Below are positions 13,022 through 24,971 of a DNA stretch of 64,000 nucleotides, one piece after another. Within the stretch, counting starts at the first letter, position 1. Each line of letters begins with the position of its first letter. Below the pieces are notes generated by a model. The model did not search any database. It saw only the letters and a program-made list of their open reading frames with translations, and was not told where the DNA came from. This stretch comes from Neoechinorhynchus agilis (Eukaryota > Animalia > Acanthocephala). The position numbers and the translations under genes are program-made. The stretch lies in the NCBI GenBank assembly GCA_051530055.1, contig CM121341.1, forward strand, positions 11,014,784 to 11,078,783. Direction: 5' to 3'.

Positions 13022-16000
13022 ACAACTACGAACGTTTAACTATCACTTCTCTGATGCAATTGGTTTGGCTTTATGCCTAAAAATAAGCCGGACAAAAAGG
13101 AACAAACTAAAAATTTAATGAAGCTTCGGCGATAGATAGCTGCACCGAGTCCTTGGTCACAAACCCAAATCCCAGCGTTCCCGCGTTGCACAGTTAGACT
13201 TATGTTTTGTAGGAGGAATACTCCTGATCTCGTATCGCCAGTGAATCGTCCCAGAAACCAAAGGGAACAAAATAATGATTTCTACTCAGGTCCCTGTATT
13301 TTGTCTTTTTGCGTTCCTCGGCGGCGGTTGCTGATCCCCCCTTCGGTTTAATAGTGGCGTGTTTGAGCGCTCTCTAAGCATTCGAAAAGGCAGAATTGAT
13401 CTTATCGGACGAAATTTCAAACGACAGTTTGAGAATATTGATTGCATTATTGGATGGGTAAATAAAGCAGCTAAATTTGAAATAATGGTAAGCGAGTTTC
13501 TTAAAATACCATAACCATTTAAACGCATAATAATCAATGCTTTAGGTTATCTGAGTTACTCAACGTTGTTTGCCTAGTAAAATATTAAGCGGCGTTTCCC
13601 TTTAATTTCAACCGATCCTTGCATAACAAAAAAAAGAATAATCGATTTAACGGCATTTTAAAATGAAATCCGCATTAAAGATATTTGTTTATCGCAAGTC
13701 GAACATCGTGGGAAATGATAATTATCATGATTGGTGACCTCATTTCTATGAGTATTTACTACTATAGTTTGAAAGCAATAGCTACTAACCTTCAGTTTCA
13801 TATTTTATGTTTATTCCTGTACTCCCGGTGAAAAATTCATGGGTTGGATCCTATCTGCATGGTTTCAAGTACTAATTTTCTTGCAAGGAGAGGTTCCACG
13901 CAAGTAAAAGACGTATTATTAAAGCCACGAATGAGCAATGTCTTTTCCTGATAATTCACAATCGCCGAGGATCAGTCGAAAGTACGACAAGGCTGTCTAT
14001 GTTGAGAAACTCTCTTTTTGATCTATTAAAATGTCTGCACAGTGTAAAACTCTCGCATTGAGAACAAGGAATTTTATGTATTCCACTCATATGTTTACGC
14101 TTCTATGAATCCTGTTCGTTTTAAATGTTGCAGCTCAAATTAAGAGTAAAAATGCACTCTGTGCTGATATTCTTAGTCAAAGTGTCAAAATAAAAATAAT
14201 CAGTCTCCAAAATAACTGAAAGATATCGCCAGTATTTTACCGCTGGTAGATAGAGGTTCAGAGTGTAGAAGGATGAAAGGAATTGCGATTGCGAGTGTTG
14301 TGCTCATGTAAAAAGGGGAATAAAATGTTGTACAAATTGTCGTGGTAGGGTTGATTGACGTTTTGATTGTTTCTTGATAATTTTATAAATGCATTTGCTG
14401 TGCGGGACAATATCAACTGTTCAAATTTTTAGAGGATATTCTTTAGAGGCTCTTCGGAATTTAATTGTTAATCACACTTAGATGTTTTGCTTATTACATT
14501 TATTTGGACACGGTTTTTCCTATTTATTTCACTCGTTTCTGATAAAGTGTATAACAGTTGCAATAAGTAAAAATGAACTGGTAAACGGCGCAGGTAATTT
14601 AAAAGTTGATTAAATCTTACGACCGATGGAGATTTTCATGTCCCTGTAGGCTCACTTAAATATTTATATTAATTTTAATAATTATGGTTTTATTTTAAAA
14701 TGCTTTATTGTAACTATTATATTCGAACAATACATTTTCGATTTCTGCGTTATGGTTCAACTTAGAAATTTTCAATTTCACGAGATTTTGCATCCACAAA
14801 AATAATTATGTGAAATTTCGTTGCTGTTTAAATCAAAGACTTCCCTGAGAAAAATGTTTAAAAACAACCGTCTTAAGCACTGTTGAAAAAGTGAGACGTT
14901 CTTAAATTAAGCGAAGAGAAAATAAAAGTTAAAAAAATTGAGCAATATAATTTACTCGTAGCTGTAGCAACATTTTCTGTTGAAAAGCATGTGACTAAAA
15001 TCAAATAAAAATTAAAAGCCGTTGAAGGAGGTGGATTCGACAGGTTTAACAAAGGTGTATAGATGGTTACAAATCACTCACGGACTTCATTCGAAATGCA
15101 AATGTTTCCGTGGACGTAAGCTCATAGAAAAGCAAAAATGATTTCGATCGAATTCACTCGCGAGAGCACGAACATTCACTTAGCGCACGGATTTCGGCAT
15201 GATAGCGCTTTAGTTTGATCTCAACTAAGTTGCCGTTTAGTAGAAAATCGATAGCGAGGGCATAAGATGGAAACAGAGTTTATCCAAGCTGGAGCTGTAA
15301 TCGGTGAGTACTCAAATGTCATAGGAACATTAAATCTCTTCAATCAGATAGACGTTTTCATCAAAGGATTTCCATATCTAATCACTGTCGACACTGTAAA
15401 TACTTCACCGTTGGATTGTAATTTTTATCGCATATTTATTGGTAGGTTTTCATTGTCTTTAAAATTCATACAATTATTCCACATTCGATTATAACAGCGC
15501 GGTTTGAAACTTTTGAACACGTACAAATTTGAGAAACTTGCCAAAAATTCCACCCGAAATAGAGAGTCTAAGTTTAACATATTCCTTAAGAACCTATTAA
15601 ACTGGCTTCTAATAAGGCCACAATTCCACAATACGACGAGATCATCATCGACCACCACTGCGTTTCTGTATCTCCTTCCGAAGATTAACAAACCGGCCTT
15701 TCAATACCGACCAATCAACGCCAACTGCATGAGCATCAATACCGTTTATCGTAAATGATGAATACTTTACTAAGTTCGATTTTACCATGCCTAGATTTGC
15801 ACATAAAGGACGGCTTAACGATTGCGAGCAGTGACCTCTGTAAACTGTTTCTAAAGTTATCATGGAAAATAAAATTTAAATTTTTAATGTTAATTGTTGC
15901 TTCAGGCGTAATAGAGTGGCAGTATTAAGTTTTATTAAGCCAGAGAAAGTGCTAAAATTAGAATACAGACATTTTTTGACTACCTGAAGTTCATCCAGAC

Positions 16001-16584
16001 AGCGGTATGCACTATTAATAATATATAAATTTTAAATTAACTATTTCACGTTATCGTTTTTTTGCTTTTTTCCTCGTGAATAAAAACGATCTAGAAACTT
16101 ATAACCTTTTGACAATTGAAATATTATTTTCAATGGCTAAACAACTTTGGATATTTTTGCGAATAACAATACAGCAGTAACCTTGTTTTTGATGCTCATA
16201 AATAATTTACAGATTTTCTATGGAGCCTAATCACGGAACATCGAACACATATCGTGAAACTATAGAATTTCCACAATGCTGGATCAGAAATTTTAGTGTT
16301 GAAGGAAGACTTACGGTTTTAATTAAAAGCATTTTAAAAATTGAAACCAGTGACAATATAGTATGCTAAAAATTATCATAATAAAATGATATTCACAGCG
16401 TTCAGTGACGATTGAGAAATTCCGAAATAGAAATGTCGATTTGACGTTTCTTTTTAAAGTACTCTAGAATTCAATAACCAATTTTTAAAGGAAATGTTTT
16501 CAAGCCTTTCATTTATTATGTAGCAATGTTCAAACAATGCGAAAATTCCTAATACACTTTCTTCTCTATATTTATGGATATTCA

Positions 16585-17404
16585 ATGGAATCGATTTCTT
16601 TTTCAGAACCAATAAGAATGGGTGATATCAATGCGGAACTTCAAGATTTATTAGAAAGATTAAAGAATGCGAATTGTACTTCTTCGCGCGAAATGATGTT
16701 AGATGCAGTTTGCCGGATGAGATTACTTATTGACGAAATTCTGTGTGCTGAAACGATGAATCAAAAAACCAAAGAGGGGAAGATGGATACATTTAGCGCT
16801 TTTCAAAAGGCTGTCGATGAATACTGTGCTGCAATTACACTGTGCAATGATCAGATTGCATTAGAAGATTTGTTAGTAAGTGTCAACAATCTCAGAGGGT
16901 TGCAATTAGAATGAGATGGTTGATTTAAAGACTTCAGCGAAAACGCTACGGATCAGCGATAATATTATTGGTACCAACGATGAGCTTCTAAGCGCACACT
17001 ATAAGATGGATTTTATTGAACACGATCTTGAACGTGCTATTGAACAAGCCGCTGATTCAGAGAAAACGGACGTTTCATCCGTTGTACTCACGGCTAAGAG
17101 ATTTGGTCTCTGTCAATCGGCTATAGGTTCACTGGTTTCCAGCCATGATACTGACACAAAGGGTATTTATCCCTCATCATCGGATATCGAAGGTTTCACT
17201 TCATTTTACGATGCTGATGCGTACTTGCGATATGATGAAAAATCCAGCGTAACTCGCATAACTTCTGTTAGAAGTAAAGATGATGGAGAATTTGAAAACC
17301 AATCTTTGGTGGATACAAATCAATTAATAGACAAAACGCAGGGCGATCAATGTAGTTCTAGCGGTACAGAAAGTTTAGATGACCATTTAAAAGAATACCT
17401 ATAA
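16585..17404 (+). CDS. Unknown protein, two exons joined by a 34-nt GT-AG intron (16876-16909)
   Basis: Donor TTA|gtaagt and acceptor attag|AAT GAG ATG fuse ORFs 16537-16914 and 16916-17404 in frame (LEDLL-NEMVDLK). No family recognised; start codon uncertain. Confidence 0.65.
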
Positions 17405-17470
17405 GAATAAAGTAGATTGTTTTTCGCAAATAATAAATAGTCTTATAAAAAAAAGTGCAATCCTTATTCG

Positions 17471-17887
17471 TTACTCTTCTGAACTGTCGCTCTCAGAATC
17501 GCTTTCTATTTGTATTGTCCTCTCGTATTGCCGAAACAGATCACCGGGTTCTATTAATCCGTTCTCGGGCGGTCTTCGAGGCAAATACGAATCCACAAGG
17601 AATTGAGGCGCGAATTGCCGATGAATTGCTAATCGTTGAGCAATTCTTAAACTGATGAGGCAATTCAAAAGTAGTCTAAGTGACGTACTCGGATTCACCA
17701 TTCGACGCCTTCTCAAATAATACCACATTTGAACCGATCCGGGATCATTTCCAATGAACTGCGCGATTCTATTAATCCTCTCCTGGTTCGGCATCGGATT
17801 TTCCTGATATGTCATTTCTAAATATGCCTGGTCCATTTCCGAGAATTGATCAGTACCAAAAGATTGACTGTGTCCGTTTTGAGCCAT
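17471..17887 (-). CDS. Intronless protein with atypical homeodomain
   Basis: FSEMDQAYLEMTYQENPMPNQERINRIAQFIGNDPGSVQMWYYLRRRR aligns by eye to the homeodomain pattern (F8, L16, P, I/A, V45, W48, R52-R53); acidic C-terminal tail. Confidence 0.7.
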   Translation of the reverse strand: MAQNGHSQSFGTDQFSEMDQAYLEMTYQENPMPNQERINRIAQFIGNDPGSVQMWYYLRRRRMVNPSTSLRLLLNCLISLRIAQRLAIHRQFAPQFLVDSYLPRRPPENGLIEPGDLFRQYERTIQIESDSESDSSEE

Positions 17888-18278
17888 ATTTTCGGTTTGA
17901 GAATATTTTAAATCGGTATTTCGTTTCGTGAGTTTCTTGGTTTAACAAGGATACCGCCGTTCAGCTTAACATCATCTCAAGCAGTCACAAATATTCGGTT
18001 AATTGTTCGTAAAATATATTTATTGTTGGTATATCAATTCTCGAGATTTATTTATTGATATGGAGTTCAGTGATCTTTACGTCATCAAAAAATTGACTAA
18101 AATGCTCAAAATCTAAATTAGAACTGCGATGGTGACGTCAACGATTGACATTTGCGTTTTGATCAACGCGTTGCGTATGATATCGATTATGGGAGTGTTT
18201 TTTTGCGTTGAAGACAAAAAAGACAAATTTTTATGAAGATTGGCCGGCCGGTAACTTATATCGATTTGTAGCCTATTA

Positions 18279-18488
18279 CACACGGCTGTTAAATTTTGGG
18301 CACACAGCCCACCGACCTGGTTCAGAGTAGTAATTCAATTACTCGAAGCACTGCCTCCGGATCCTCAGATACCTCCAAGATGCGGGACTCATCAGTGAGT
18401 ATCCTCCCTTCAGCGGTATTTCGTCGCCTTTTGGTTGTGCATCATTGGCGATCGGGATACGAACCAATTGACCCTTAATCGGGATCAC
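18279..18488 (-). mobile_element. Family A copy A2 (partial head, core, internally deleted tail)
   Basis: Contains ggatcctcagatacc...gggactcatcagtgagtatcc...ggtatttcgtc, a degenerate B box, and tail gggcacacagcccaccga. Confidence 0.85.
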
Positions 18489-19479
18489 GAAAAAAAGACA
18501 AATCATTCAATCTTTTGTTTTATGACGTCAGGAATTCCGTTATATCTTGTGACGAAATAAAATATATTTCCTGTAACTTACGTTTTAAATTTTTGCATTC
18601 TCGCATTTTGCTTAAGCGGATTTGTCTCGCCATCGAACTTGAATTAAAAATATGATTTAGAACTTTAGTTCTGCTGATTAGAAAACGTTAAATCTAAGAA
18701 ATCGATTTATCGAAGTCAACAAACTAAGGAGGGCTGAACGTTTTTTGAATTAATTTTCTATAGAAATGATCGAATTTTGGGAGAATTGAGCGCTTCTCGA
18801 CTTGAAATCGAAATAATCGCCGGGCTTAAATAATTCTTCGTTTGACGTCATCAAATCAGTAAGGCAGCATCGATCATTAATCATTAAAAAATCTTGCTTA
18901 CATTTCCACGCCATTGCGCGCGTGAATTTAAGACCTCATTTATTGTGAAAATAAAAGATTTCAATGTATCGATGTCAAATCGAATTTCAACAAACGGTTT
19001 AACATTTACGTCCCAGTAAAATTTAAAACATCAGCACTGAGCCTTGCAAAGAAACGAGAAGTAATGAAATCGATGGAGGAAAATCGGTGCAACAAAACTA
19101 GAAAGTTGATGAATGGGAGATGGGATTAGTCTCGTGAAACGGAACGAGCAAGTAAAATGCATTCTCTGTCGACTGCGAATTATCATCCATTTAAGGTCTT
19201 GCGATACTTCGTGGGAATATTGCCGGTCTATTGTCCGAATACGAAGCGAGAAACAATCCGACAATCAAAGTTCTGTCCACGGTGCTGACGGAGAACCCGT
19301 CGCAATCACGATTCGCCACTGTGCTTTGTCCAGAAATGAGATCCAAAAGGGGATAAACTTCCTTCTTATGCAAGGAACGGAGCGATTCGCTGTCATAGAT
19401 TTTGATGGAGATGATATCGAGGTTGTAGAGATCGATGATGTTCGTTTAAGCGATGCAAAATGATCTTGTTCTCTGTGAC

Positions 19480-19665
19480 GATTATTCCACACCGGCAACG
19501 ATGTTCTACACAAATCGATAGACCTAATCTGAGGGACACTCCAATCCGAACTGTTTCGTCTACGAGGAGTGTTCCCACAGATGCAATCGGTACTGCTTCT
19601 AACCATGCTCCCGATTCTCTTGTATAGACTGCCAACAATCTAGCTCGGTCGACCTCGCCGCGAGA
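19480..19665 (-). mobile_element. Fragment of CRE-like (restriction-like endonuclease) non-LTR retrotransposon
   Basis: RARLLAVYTRESGAWLEAVPIASVGTLLVDETVRIGVSLRLGLSICVEHRCRCG resembles the post-RT segment and Zn motif of this group, from memory of the family. Confidence 0.65.
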
Positions 19666-20394
19666 GCCTGAAATTAGAGAACTATGAGCTCATGCGACTA
19701 AAGGTTTATCCCAGATAGACTGCTTTAGGCCAATCACGGGAACTTAGTTGTAACCCGTCTTCTCCCACCATTCCTGGACCGCCACTATAATTCGTGCGCT
19801 AAACAGAACTTGGATCCCAATATACGTTTTACCAGATCTCGACTCCCTTCGAATGATCCTAAAAACGCGGAAAACGACACATCTACTGTTTTTCGAATAC
19901 CCAAGGCACTGGACAATACATGCAATGAAGCTTGTCGCCAGGGCTCGTCTGATAGCTGGATATTTAAAATGTGCTCGAGACACGCCTATGAGTTGACAGC
20001 TAAACATTGATTGTCATAAAAATTAAAAATACGAGACAACCATCGACAGGAAATGAAGAGCGAAAACTTGCATTCCAAAAAACAGAGATTGTAGCTATAT
20101 AGAGGAAGGAATTCTGCCAAGAATAGGGGAGATTTTAGATGACTTGAAGACAATCGTAAATGCGCAGCTTGGCCTTGACTGATATCCAATACGTGGATTA
20201 AGCAGTGTTACGAATTGAAACGGAAAAAATGATTAGAATGGTAAAAAGAATGATTAAAAACGGGTGAGAGTGTAATACGGACGAACAGAATTAAGGTTGT
20301 AAATAAGGCGAAAGTTGGGGTTTCGATACAGGAGTTTTTGTTGAATCAGTAATGAAAACTAAAATGCGTGGCGGTAAAATGCATTGAAAGGGCG

Positions 20395-20823
20395 AAGGCT
20401 GGAGAGGACGATGTCGTCGGCGAAAAGCATGTTCCATGGCGCACCTTCATTTCATCCACAGTTACTACAAACAAATAAGGACTCAGAGCTGAATCTTGAT
20501 GCAATCCAACGTTCACCGAGAAGCTATCCGTATTACCAACTGGCGTCCTTATATTCACTTGCTCTGCCTGTATATGTCCTGAATCGCCGTGATATAAGTC
20601 TTTTCTGGCAGAGTTTTCTTCTAAGACAGTTCCATGCCAGTTTTCTAGGAACAGCGTCATAGGCTTTTTCGAGGTCGATAAACACGTTGTGTATTTCCCT
20701 TCGTTTTTCATGACATTTTTCATATAACTGGGGTAACGCGAATACAGCTTCGGTACTACTTCTGCGGGGCATAAATCCCCTATGCTTCTCTGATATGGAC
20801 ATTTCGCTCCGCAGGCGTTGATC
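20395..20823 (-). pseudogene. Decayed RTE-clade LINE, 3' part (RT domain)
   Basis: Frameshifted RT motifs: DQRLRSEM..GFMPRRSSTEAVFAL, FIDLEKAYDAVPR, GLHQDSALSPYLF, PWNMLFADDIVL. Confidence 0.9.
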
Positions 20824-21056
20824 ATTATTATTATTATTATTATTTCACGCCTCATACAACATACACACAATCAATCTCTTAATTCCTCTTTCTTGCTTGA
20901 TCTAATATGTCTCGGGCCCAAGATGGCTGTGAGTTGTGGGACGATCTCTTAAATCCCCTCACAGCAGCCTCGAAAACCCTTCTTTTAATTCTTAAGTAAT
21001 AATAATCCTTTTCTTGTCCTGATCCTGTAAAAAAAAGAATAACATGAGAAAATCAC

Positions 21057-21365
21057 TTACCTCATTCCTGTTAAGTATATTAGTTTGATTAATGGGTAAA
21101 AAACTAGATGGTTTATTGAAAAAGATTCTAAGAATTGAGGAGTTGTAATTAAAATATTTACAGCTAGAATAACAATAAGAATAAAACCAAATTTTAGACA
21201 AAAAATTCTTGTTAAAAAGGAAAAAAGGGGTTCCGTATCAATATTATTTTTAATAAGAATACTGCTAAGCTTATTCAGCATAGTAAGATAAAATGATAGT
21301 CTGTTTTCTGGGGGCCGGCCTCGTGCGAAAAAGCATATTGAACCCCCTAGAAATATTTTTAACAC
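21057..21365 (-). CDS. Probable C-terminal continuation of LINE ORF2 in the +1 frame
   Basis: Minus sequence TTC T AAA GTG TTA AAA: removing one base joins ...PTFYF to KVLKIFLGGS..., extending ORF2 by about 103 aa. Confidence 0.6.
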   Translation of the reverse strand: MLKIFLGGSICFFARGRPPENRLSFYLTMLNKLSSILIKNNIDTEPLFSFLTRIFCLKFGFILIVILAVNILITTPQFLESFSINHLVFYPLIKLIYLTGMR

Positions 21366-21366
21366 T

Positions 21367-23637
21367 TTAGAAATAAAAGGTGGGGAAATTGATAACCTTT
21401 TGGCTCTTTTGATAAAAAATATCTGTTTTTGTCAGAAGACTTTTAAAGGAAGAGTTTATAAAAATTCTGTGATTTTTACAGGGGAAATCAACACCTAAAA
21501 TCTTGGAATGCGATCTAAAATTGATATTAGGGAAATTGAAATTAGAAGATAATTCATTAATTAGAAGCTTCCTCGAAGCCAAAGTTTTAGTCAGTGGAAT
21601 AAAGAAAGTTTTGTTATTGTTTGTAACTAAATTGGCTTTCCTAAGTTCCGACGACAAAGATTGCATAAAATTGGCTATATTATTCGTTAGAATAAAAGAT
21701 GTTCTAGCTTTACAAAATAAGAATATATCATCCGCATAAACTAAAGGAAATATGGAAGATGATTTCTTTAAATTTTTGAAAATATATATAAGGGCAATTG
21801 AAAATAAGGTGGGCGAGAGTGGAGATCCTTGAGGAACACCATATATAGAGAAAAATTTAGTGTGAGAAGGGTCCACCTCATAGTAAAAGGACTTGGATTC
21901 CATAAGATAGTTGGTTTTGTAGATAAGATTAAGAGGAACTTTAAGATTAACTAAAGCCTCATAAAGAAAGCCACGATCCAAGGCATCAAAAGCCTTATTA
22001 ATATCCAGCTGAATGAGAAGTTTTTGTACATTAATAGCTTCATTCATAGAATTAAGAGAGGATAAAAGCGATGTGACACCTTTACCTCTAATGAAGCCAT
22101 GGAAAAAGTCGGGGATTAGCTTTCTACATACTAAAAAGTCATACAGTTTCCCGTTCACCGCTCTTTCTAAGCAAGAGACGATTGGGTTCTGTATGGAAAT
22201 TACTCTGATGTGGGATGCGTTAAATATACGTCCTTTCGTTTTGGGAATAAAAAATTTCTTAACAATATTTATGTTAAGTAGATCATTAAAATCAATTTTC
22301 GATAAACGAAATCTACTAAAAAAGATAGATTTTACCTTATCAGAAATAGAACTAAAAATTATGGGTGAAGTGCCATTTATATTATACGCTTTAGAGGGGT
22401 TAGATTTACAGGCCTTCAGAAAAACTTCAACTTCAAAATTCCACGAAAAGGACTTTTTATTAAAGATGGGAAGTGGAGGAGAAGAACATGCACTAAGAGT
22501 ATGTGCCATCAAAATAGACTCAATTACTGCAGGATAAGATATAGACCCTATCCAGTTAGATGCTTTTGCCTTCCAACAGACCGGTCTTCTTTTCAAAATA
22601 CAGGACCAAAAGTCCTTACCAAAGGACTTAAGAGAGATCAGCTTCTTTTTGTCCAACGAAACTTGATGATAAAACTTAGCTGTGTAAAATTTTTTCATAA
22701 ATAAGTTTTTAAGGGGAGCGTTACCATACAAGTCAGCTATAACAGCATTTTTATAAAATATGTTGGCTTCATGACAAACAGGAGGTCGCTTGATCACAGA
22801 CTTAGTAATTAAATTTTTATGTACAGAGGATAAAATGGCATTGTTAAAGTCAGATAACGAGGATGAAGTGGAAGAGTTCATAAAAGAAAGGAGATCATTA
22901 TTAAATTTTGAAAAGCTTTGAGGATTAAAAACGAAAGTGTCCTTAAGAGCGATGCCATTAGATTTAAAAAGGATAAGGTCATGCCCTAACAATCTCTGTG
23001 ACTGAAGTTGGGAAGCAGGATAAAATAAAATAGGAATTGACTTTTTAATAATTGCACCATCCAAGAAGGTATGTCTATTAGATTTAACATTATGAAAAGA
23101 AGGAAATTTGGGGAGCAAAAAATTGTGTAACTTAAAAAAGGGCCTAAAAGCATTTAAAAAATTACTATTGAAGTCGCCTACGATAAAGTCAGGATTCCAG
23201 TAACGGAGGATATGCATAAAAGATTTAGTAAATATACCCACGTGTCTGGGTTGAATATACAAGTTGCAAAGGATAAGAGTAGGAGAGAAAAAAGATGAGG
23301 TTCCATATAAGGGATTATTAAAAGAAATAATTTGCATTGCAAAAGAAATATTTTTAGTTTGAAAGAGAAGTTTAGAAGAGTGAGATGTAAGAATAAATGT
23401 TTGAAGTCCTCCAGAAAATCCAATGTGCTGATTGGTTGATGTGGAGCGAGGGAGAAGAACATGAGAATCATAATTATCGAAGAGAAGCATTTTAGAAAAG
23501 CCGGTTTCTTGAAAACACAGCATGTTAACATAGTTATCAACTACACAAGGAGCAAGAAAATTAGGAAGACTAGAAGCCCTAGAGGCATTATATGTGATGA
23601 AAGAGAAAGGACATTCCTTATAATTGGAACAAGTCAT
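21367..23637 (-). CDS. LINE ORF2: APE endonuclease plus reverse transcriptase
   Basis: EN motifs LCFQET, NLYIQP, VGDFNS, TFLDGAII, GHDLI; RT motifs IRVISIQN, QLDINKAFDALDR, GVPQGSPLSPTLF, YADD, KILGV. Confidence 0.95.
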   Translation of the reverse strand: MTCSNYKECPFSFITYNASRASSLPNFLAPCVVDNYVNMLCFQETGFSKMLLFDNYDSHVLLPRSTSTNQHIGFSGGLQTFILTSHSSKLLFQTKNISFAMQIISFNNPLYGTSSFFSPTLILCNLYIQPRHVGIFTKSFMHILRYWNPDFIVGDFNSNFLNAFRPFFKLHNFLLPKFPSFHNVKSNRHTFLDGAIIKKSIPILFYPASQLQSQRLLGHDLILFKSNGIALKDTFVFNPQSFSKFNNDLLSFMNSSTSSSLSDFNNAILSSVHKNLITKSVIKRPPVCHEANIFYKNAVIADLYGNAPLKNLFMKKFYTAKFYHQVSLDKKKLISLKSFGKDFWSCILKRRPVCWKAKASNWIGSISYPAVIESILMAHTLSACSSPPLPIFNKKSFSWNFEVEVFLKACKSNPSKAYNINGTSPIIFSSISDKVKSIFFSRFRLSKIDFNDLLNINIVKKFFIPKTKGRIFNASHIRVISIQNPIVSCLERAVNGKLYDFLVCRKLIPDFFHGFIRGKGVTSLLSSLNSMNEAINVQKLLIQLDINKAFDALDRGFLYEALVNLKVPLNLIYKTNYLMESKSFYYEVDPSHTKFFSIYGVPQGSPLSPTLFSIALIYIFKNLKKSSSIFPLVYADDIFLFCKARTSFILTNNIANFMQSLSSELRKANLVTNNNKTFFIPLTKTLASRKLLINELSSNFNFPNINFRSHSKILGVDFPCKNHRIFINSSFKSLLTKTDIFYQKSQKVINFPTFYF

Positions 23638-24932
23638 TAAATGAATTTAGGACGTTTGGAATCTATAGATTCCAAGTTACGCAAAGATGGGGAAATATCT
23701 CTTTTATAATTTTCACAATCGATCCAGTTATTAAAGTTAAATAATCTAGAAAAATTGTCGGAGGTAGAGTCTGGTGTAGAAAGATTTTCCAGTTTGTGAA
23801 GGATCAAAGTAAGGATGTACTTAAGTAATGAAATTTCTTTATCGGGATAAAGTTGAGAAGTATTAATGGAAGATTTTAAACTATCAAGAAAGGATTTTTC
23901 CGGAGGTTTGGGGGGAAGTTTAGGCTTGTGACCATCAGGGGAAGGTTGAGTCTTCGACTCCTTAGAGGAAAAACCGTCCGAAGAGAAAGGATTATGTTGT
24001 GGATAGAATTCTCTATAACTAGAATTATGGAATACTCGCTGCTTCGATGGTATGGAATCGTCAAAATATTTTTGCGCGAATTTGCAAGAACGTGCAAAGG
24101 CCGGATGATTCTTGCCACAGTTTGCACAGGTAGCAGCATCAGAATTGGAGCAAGATGATTTGTGATGAGGACCTGCACAAAAGATGCATCTGGAGGGGAA
24201 GACACAGTCAGATTCGTGGTGCCCCCATCTCGAACACCTCTGACATATCGTCAAATTATAATCATAGATAGAGTCCCTGTATCGGTCAAAAGTGACCCAG
24301 TATGAGAAAAAACCCCTGCCGGAGTTAGCTAGACTCTCGGCGACATTGATAGTAGCTGAACATAGGATGGCGTAGGATGAACTAGCGTTGGGTCTAAACA
24401 GATATTTGACCAGTTTTATACCTAACTCATCCTCAATTTTGCGAAAATCAGTAGTATCCAAGTCTTGAGGAGGATTCCTCATTAGAAAGGTGACTCTACG
24501 AGATAGGTCAACAGATTGGATGCTTAACTCCCCTAGCATCTTAGAAAAGAGGTCTTTACCGGCCGCATCGAAAAAAATAAAAAGGATGTGGAATTTGGTC
24601 ACAGAGAACCTCTTTATCAAAAAATTCATATGTTTCTCACGACCATTCGGCAGTAAATACTTCTCGAAGAAATAACGCGAGAAATAGGAGGGGGAGTTAG
24701 TGCCCATGGCTTCTTTGGGAATTTTGATAACGAAATCCTCTTTCCTAACAGGACGCTTAAACCTTGATGCGTCGATAGAATGTTCCATCTGATCCCCTAT
24801 GGAAACTTGTGCACAATCATTCAAAACTTCACAATCACTCGGGGGGAGGGGGATAGTAGGAACAAACCTTAATCTAGACATGTCGGAAATAGGGTTTACC
24901 TGATTGCTGATATTCGAAGCGCAATTTTGCAT
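23637..24932 (-). CDS. LINE ORF1 gag-like nucleic-acid-binding protein
   Basis: Three knuckles CQRCSRWGHHESDC, CIFCAGPHHKSSC, CANCGKNHPAFARSC; uninterrupted ~430 aa. Confidence 0.92.
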   Translation of the reverse strand: MQNCASNISNQVNPISDMSRLRFVPTIPLPPSDCEVLNDCAQVSIGDQMEHSIDASRFKRPVRKEDFVIKIPKEAMGTNSPSYFSRYFFEKYLLPNGREKHMNFLIKRFSVTKFHILFIFFDAAGKDLFSKMLGELSIQSVDLSRRVTFLMRNPPQDLDTTDFRKIEDELGIKLVKYLFRPNASSSYAILCSATINVAESLANSGRGFFSYWVTFDRYRDSIYDYNLTICQRCSRWGHHESDCVFPSRCIFCAGPHHKSSCSNSDAATCANCGKNHPAFARSCKFAQKYFDDSIPSKQRVFHNSSYREFYPQHNPFSSDGFSSKESKTQPSPDGHKPKLPPKPPEKSFLDSLKSSINTSQLYPDKEISLLKYILTLILHKLENLSTPDSTSDNFSRLFNFNNWIDCENYKRDISPSLRNLESIDSKRPKFI

Positions 24933-24971
24933 CACGAAACAGCGCTTTTGTACGTTTTTTCGATCAACAAC

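Larger units (their letters stand above)
20824..24971 (-). mobile_element. Apparently full-length two-ORF LINE (I/Jockey supergroup-like), ~4.15 kb, (AAT)n tail, 10-bp TSD
   Basis: TSD GGCGTTGATC at 20814-20823 and 24972-24981; (ATT)n at 20824-20843; interrupts the RTE RT exactly at KIIDQR/DQRLR. Confidence 0.92.

Noticed and set aside
14270-14350. Cys-rich CDCECCAHVKRGIKCCTNCRG resembling a CXC tail of DNA transposons
   Set aside because: Too short and degraded; no supporting transposase frame could be read.
15267-15863. Cluster of overlapping 70-90 aa ORFs
   Set aside because: No recognisable motif or consistent splice model.
22013-24205. Antisense and alternate-frame ORFs within the LINE, and similar ones within eIF4B, SMARCC and TEP1
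   Set aside because: Shadow ORFs of real coding sequence with no independent signal.
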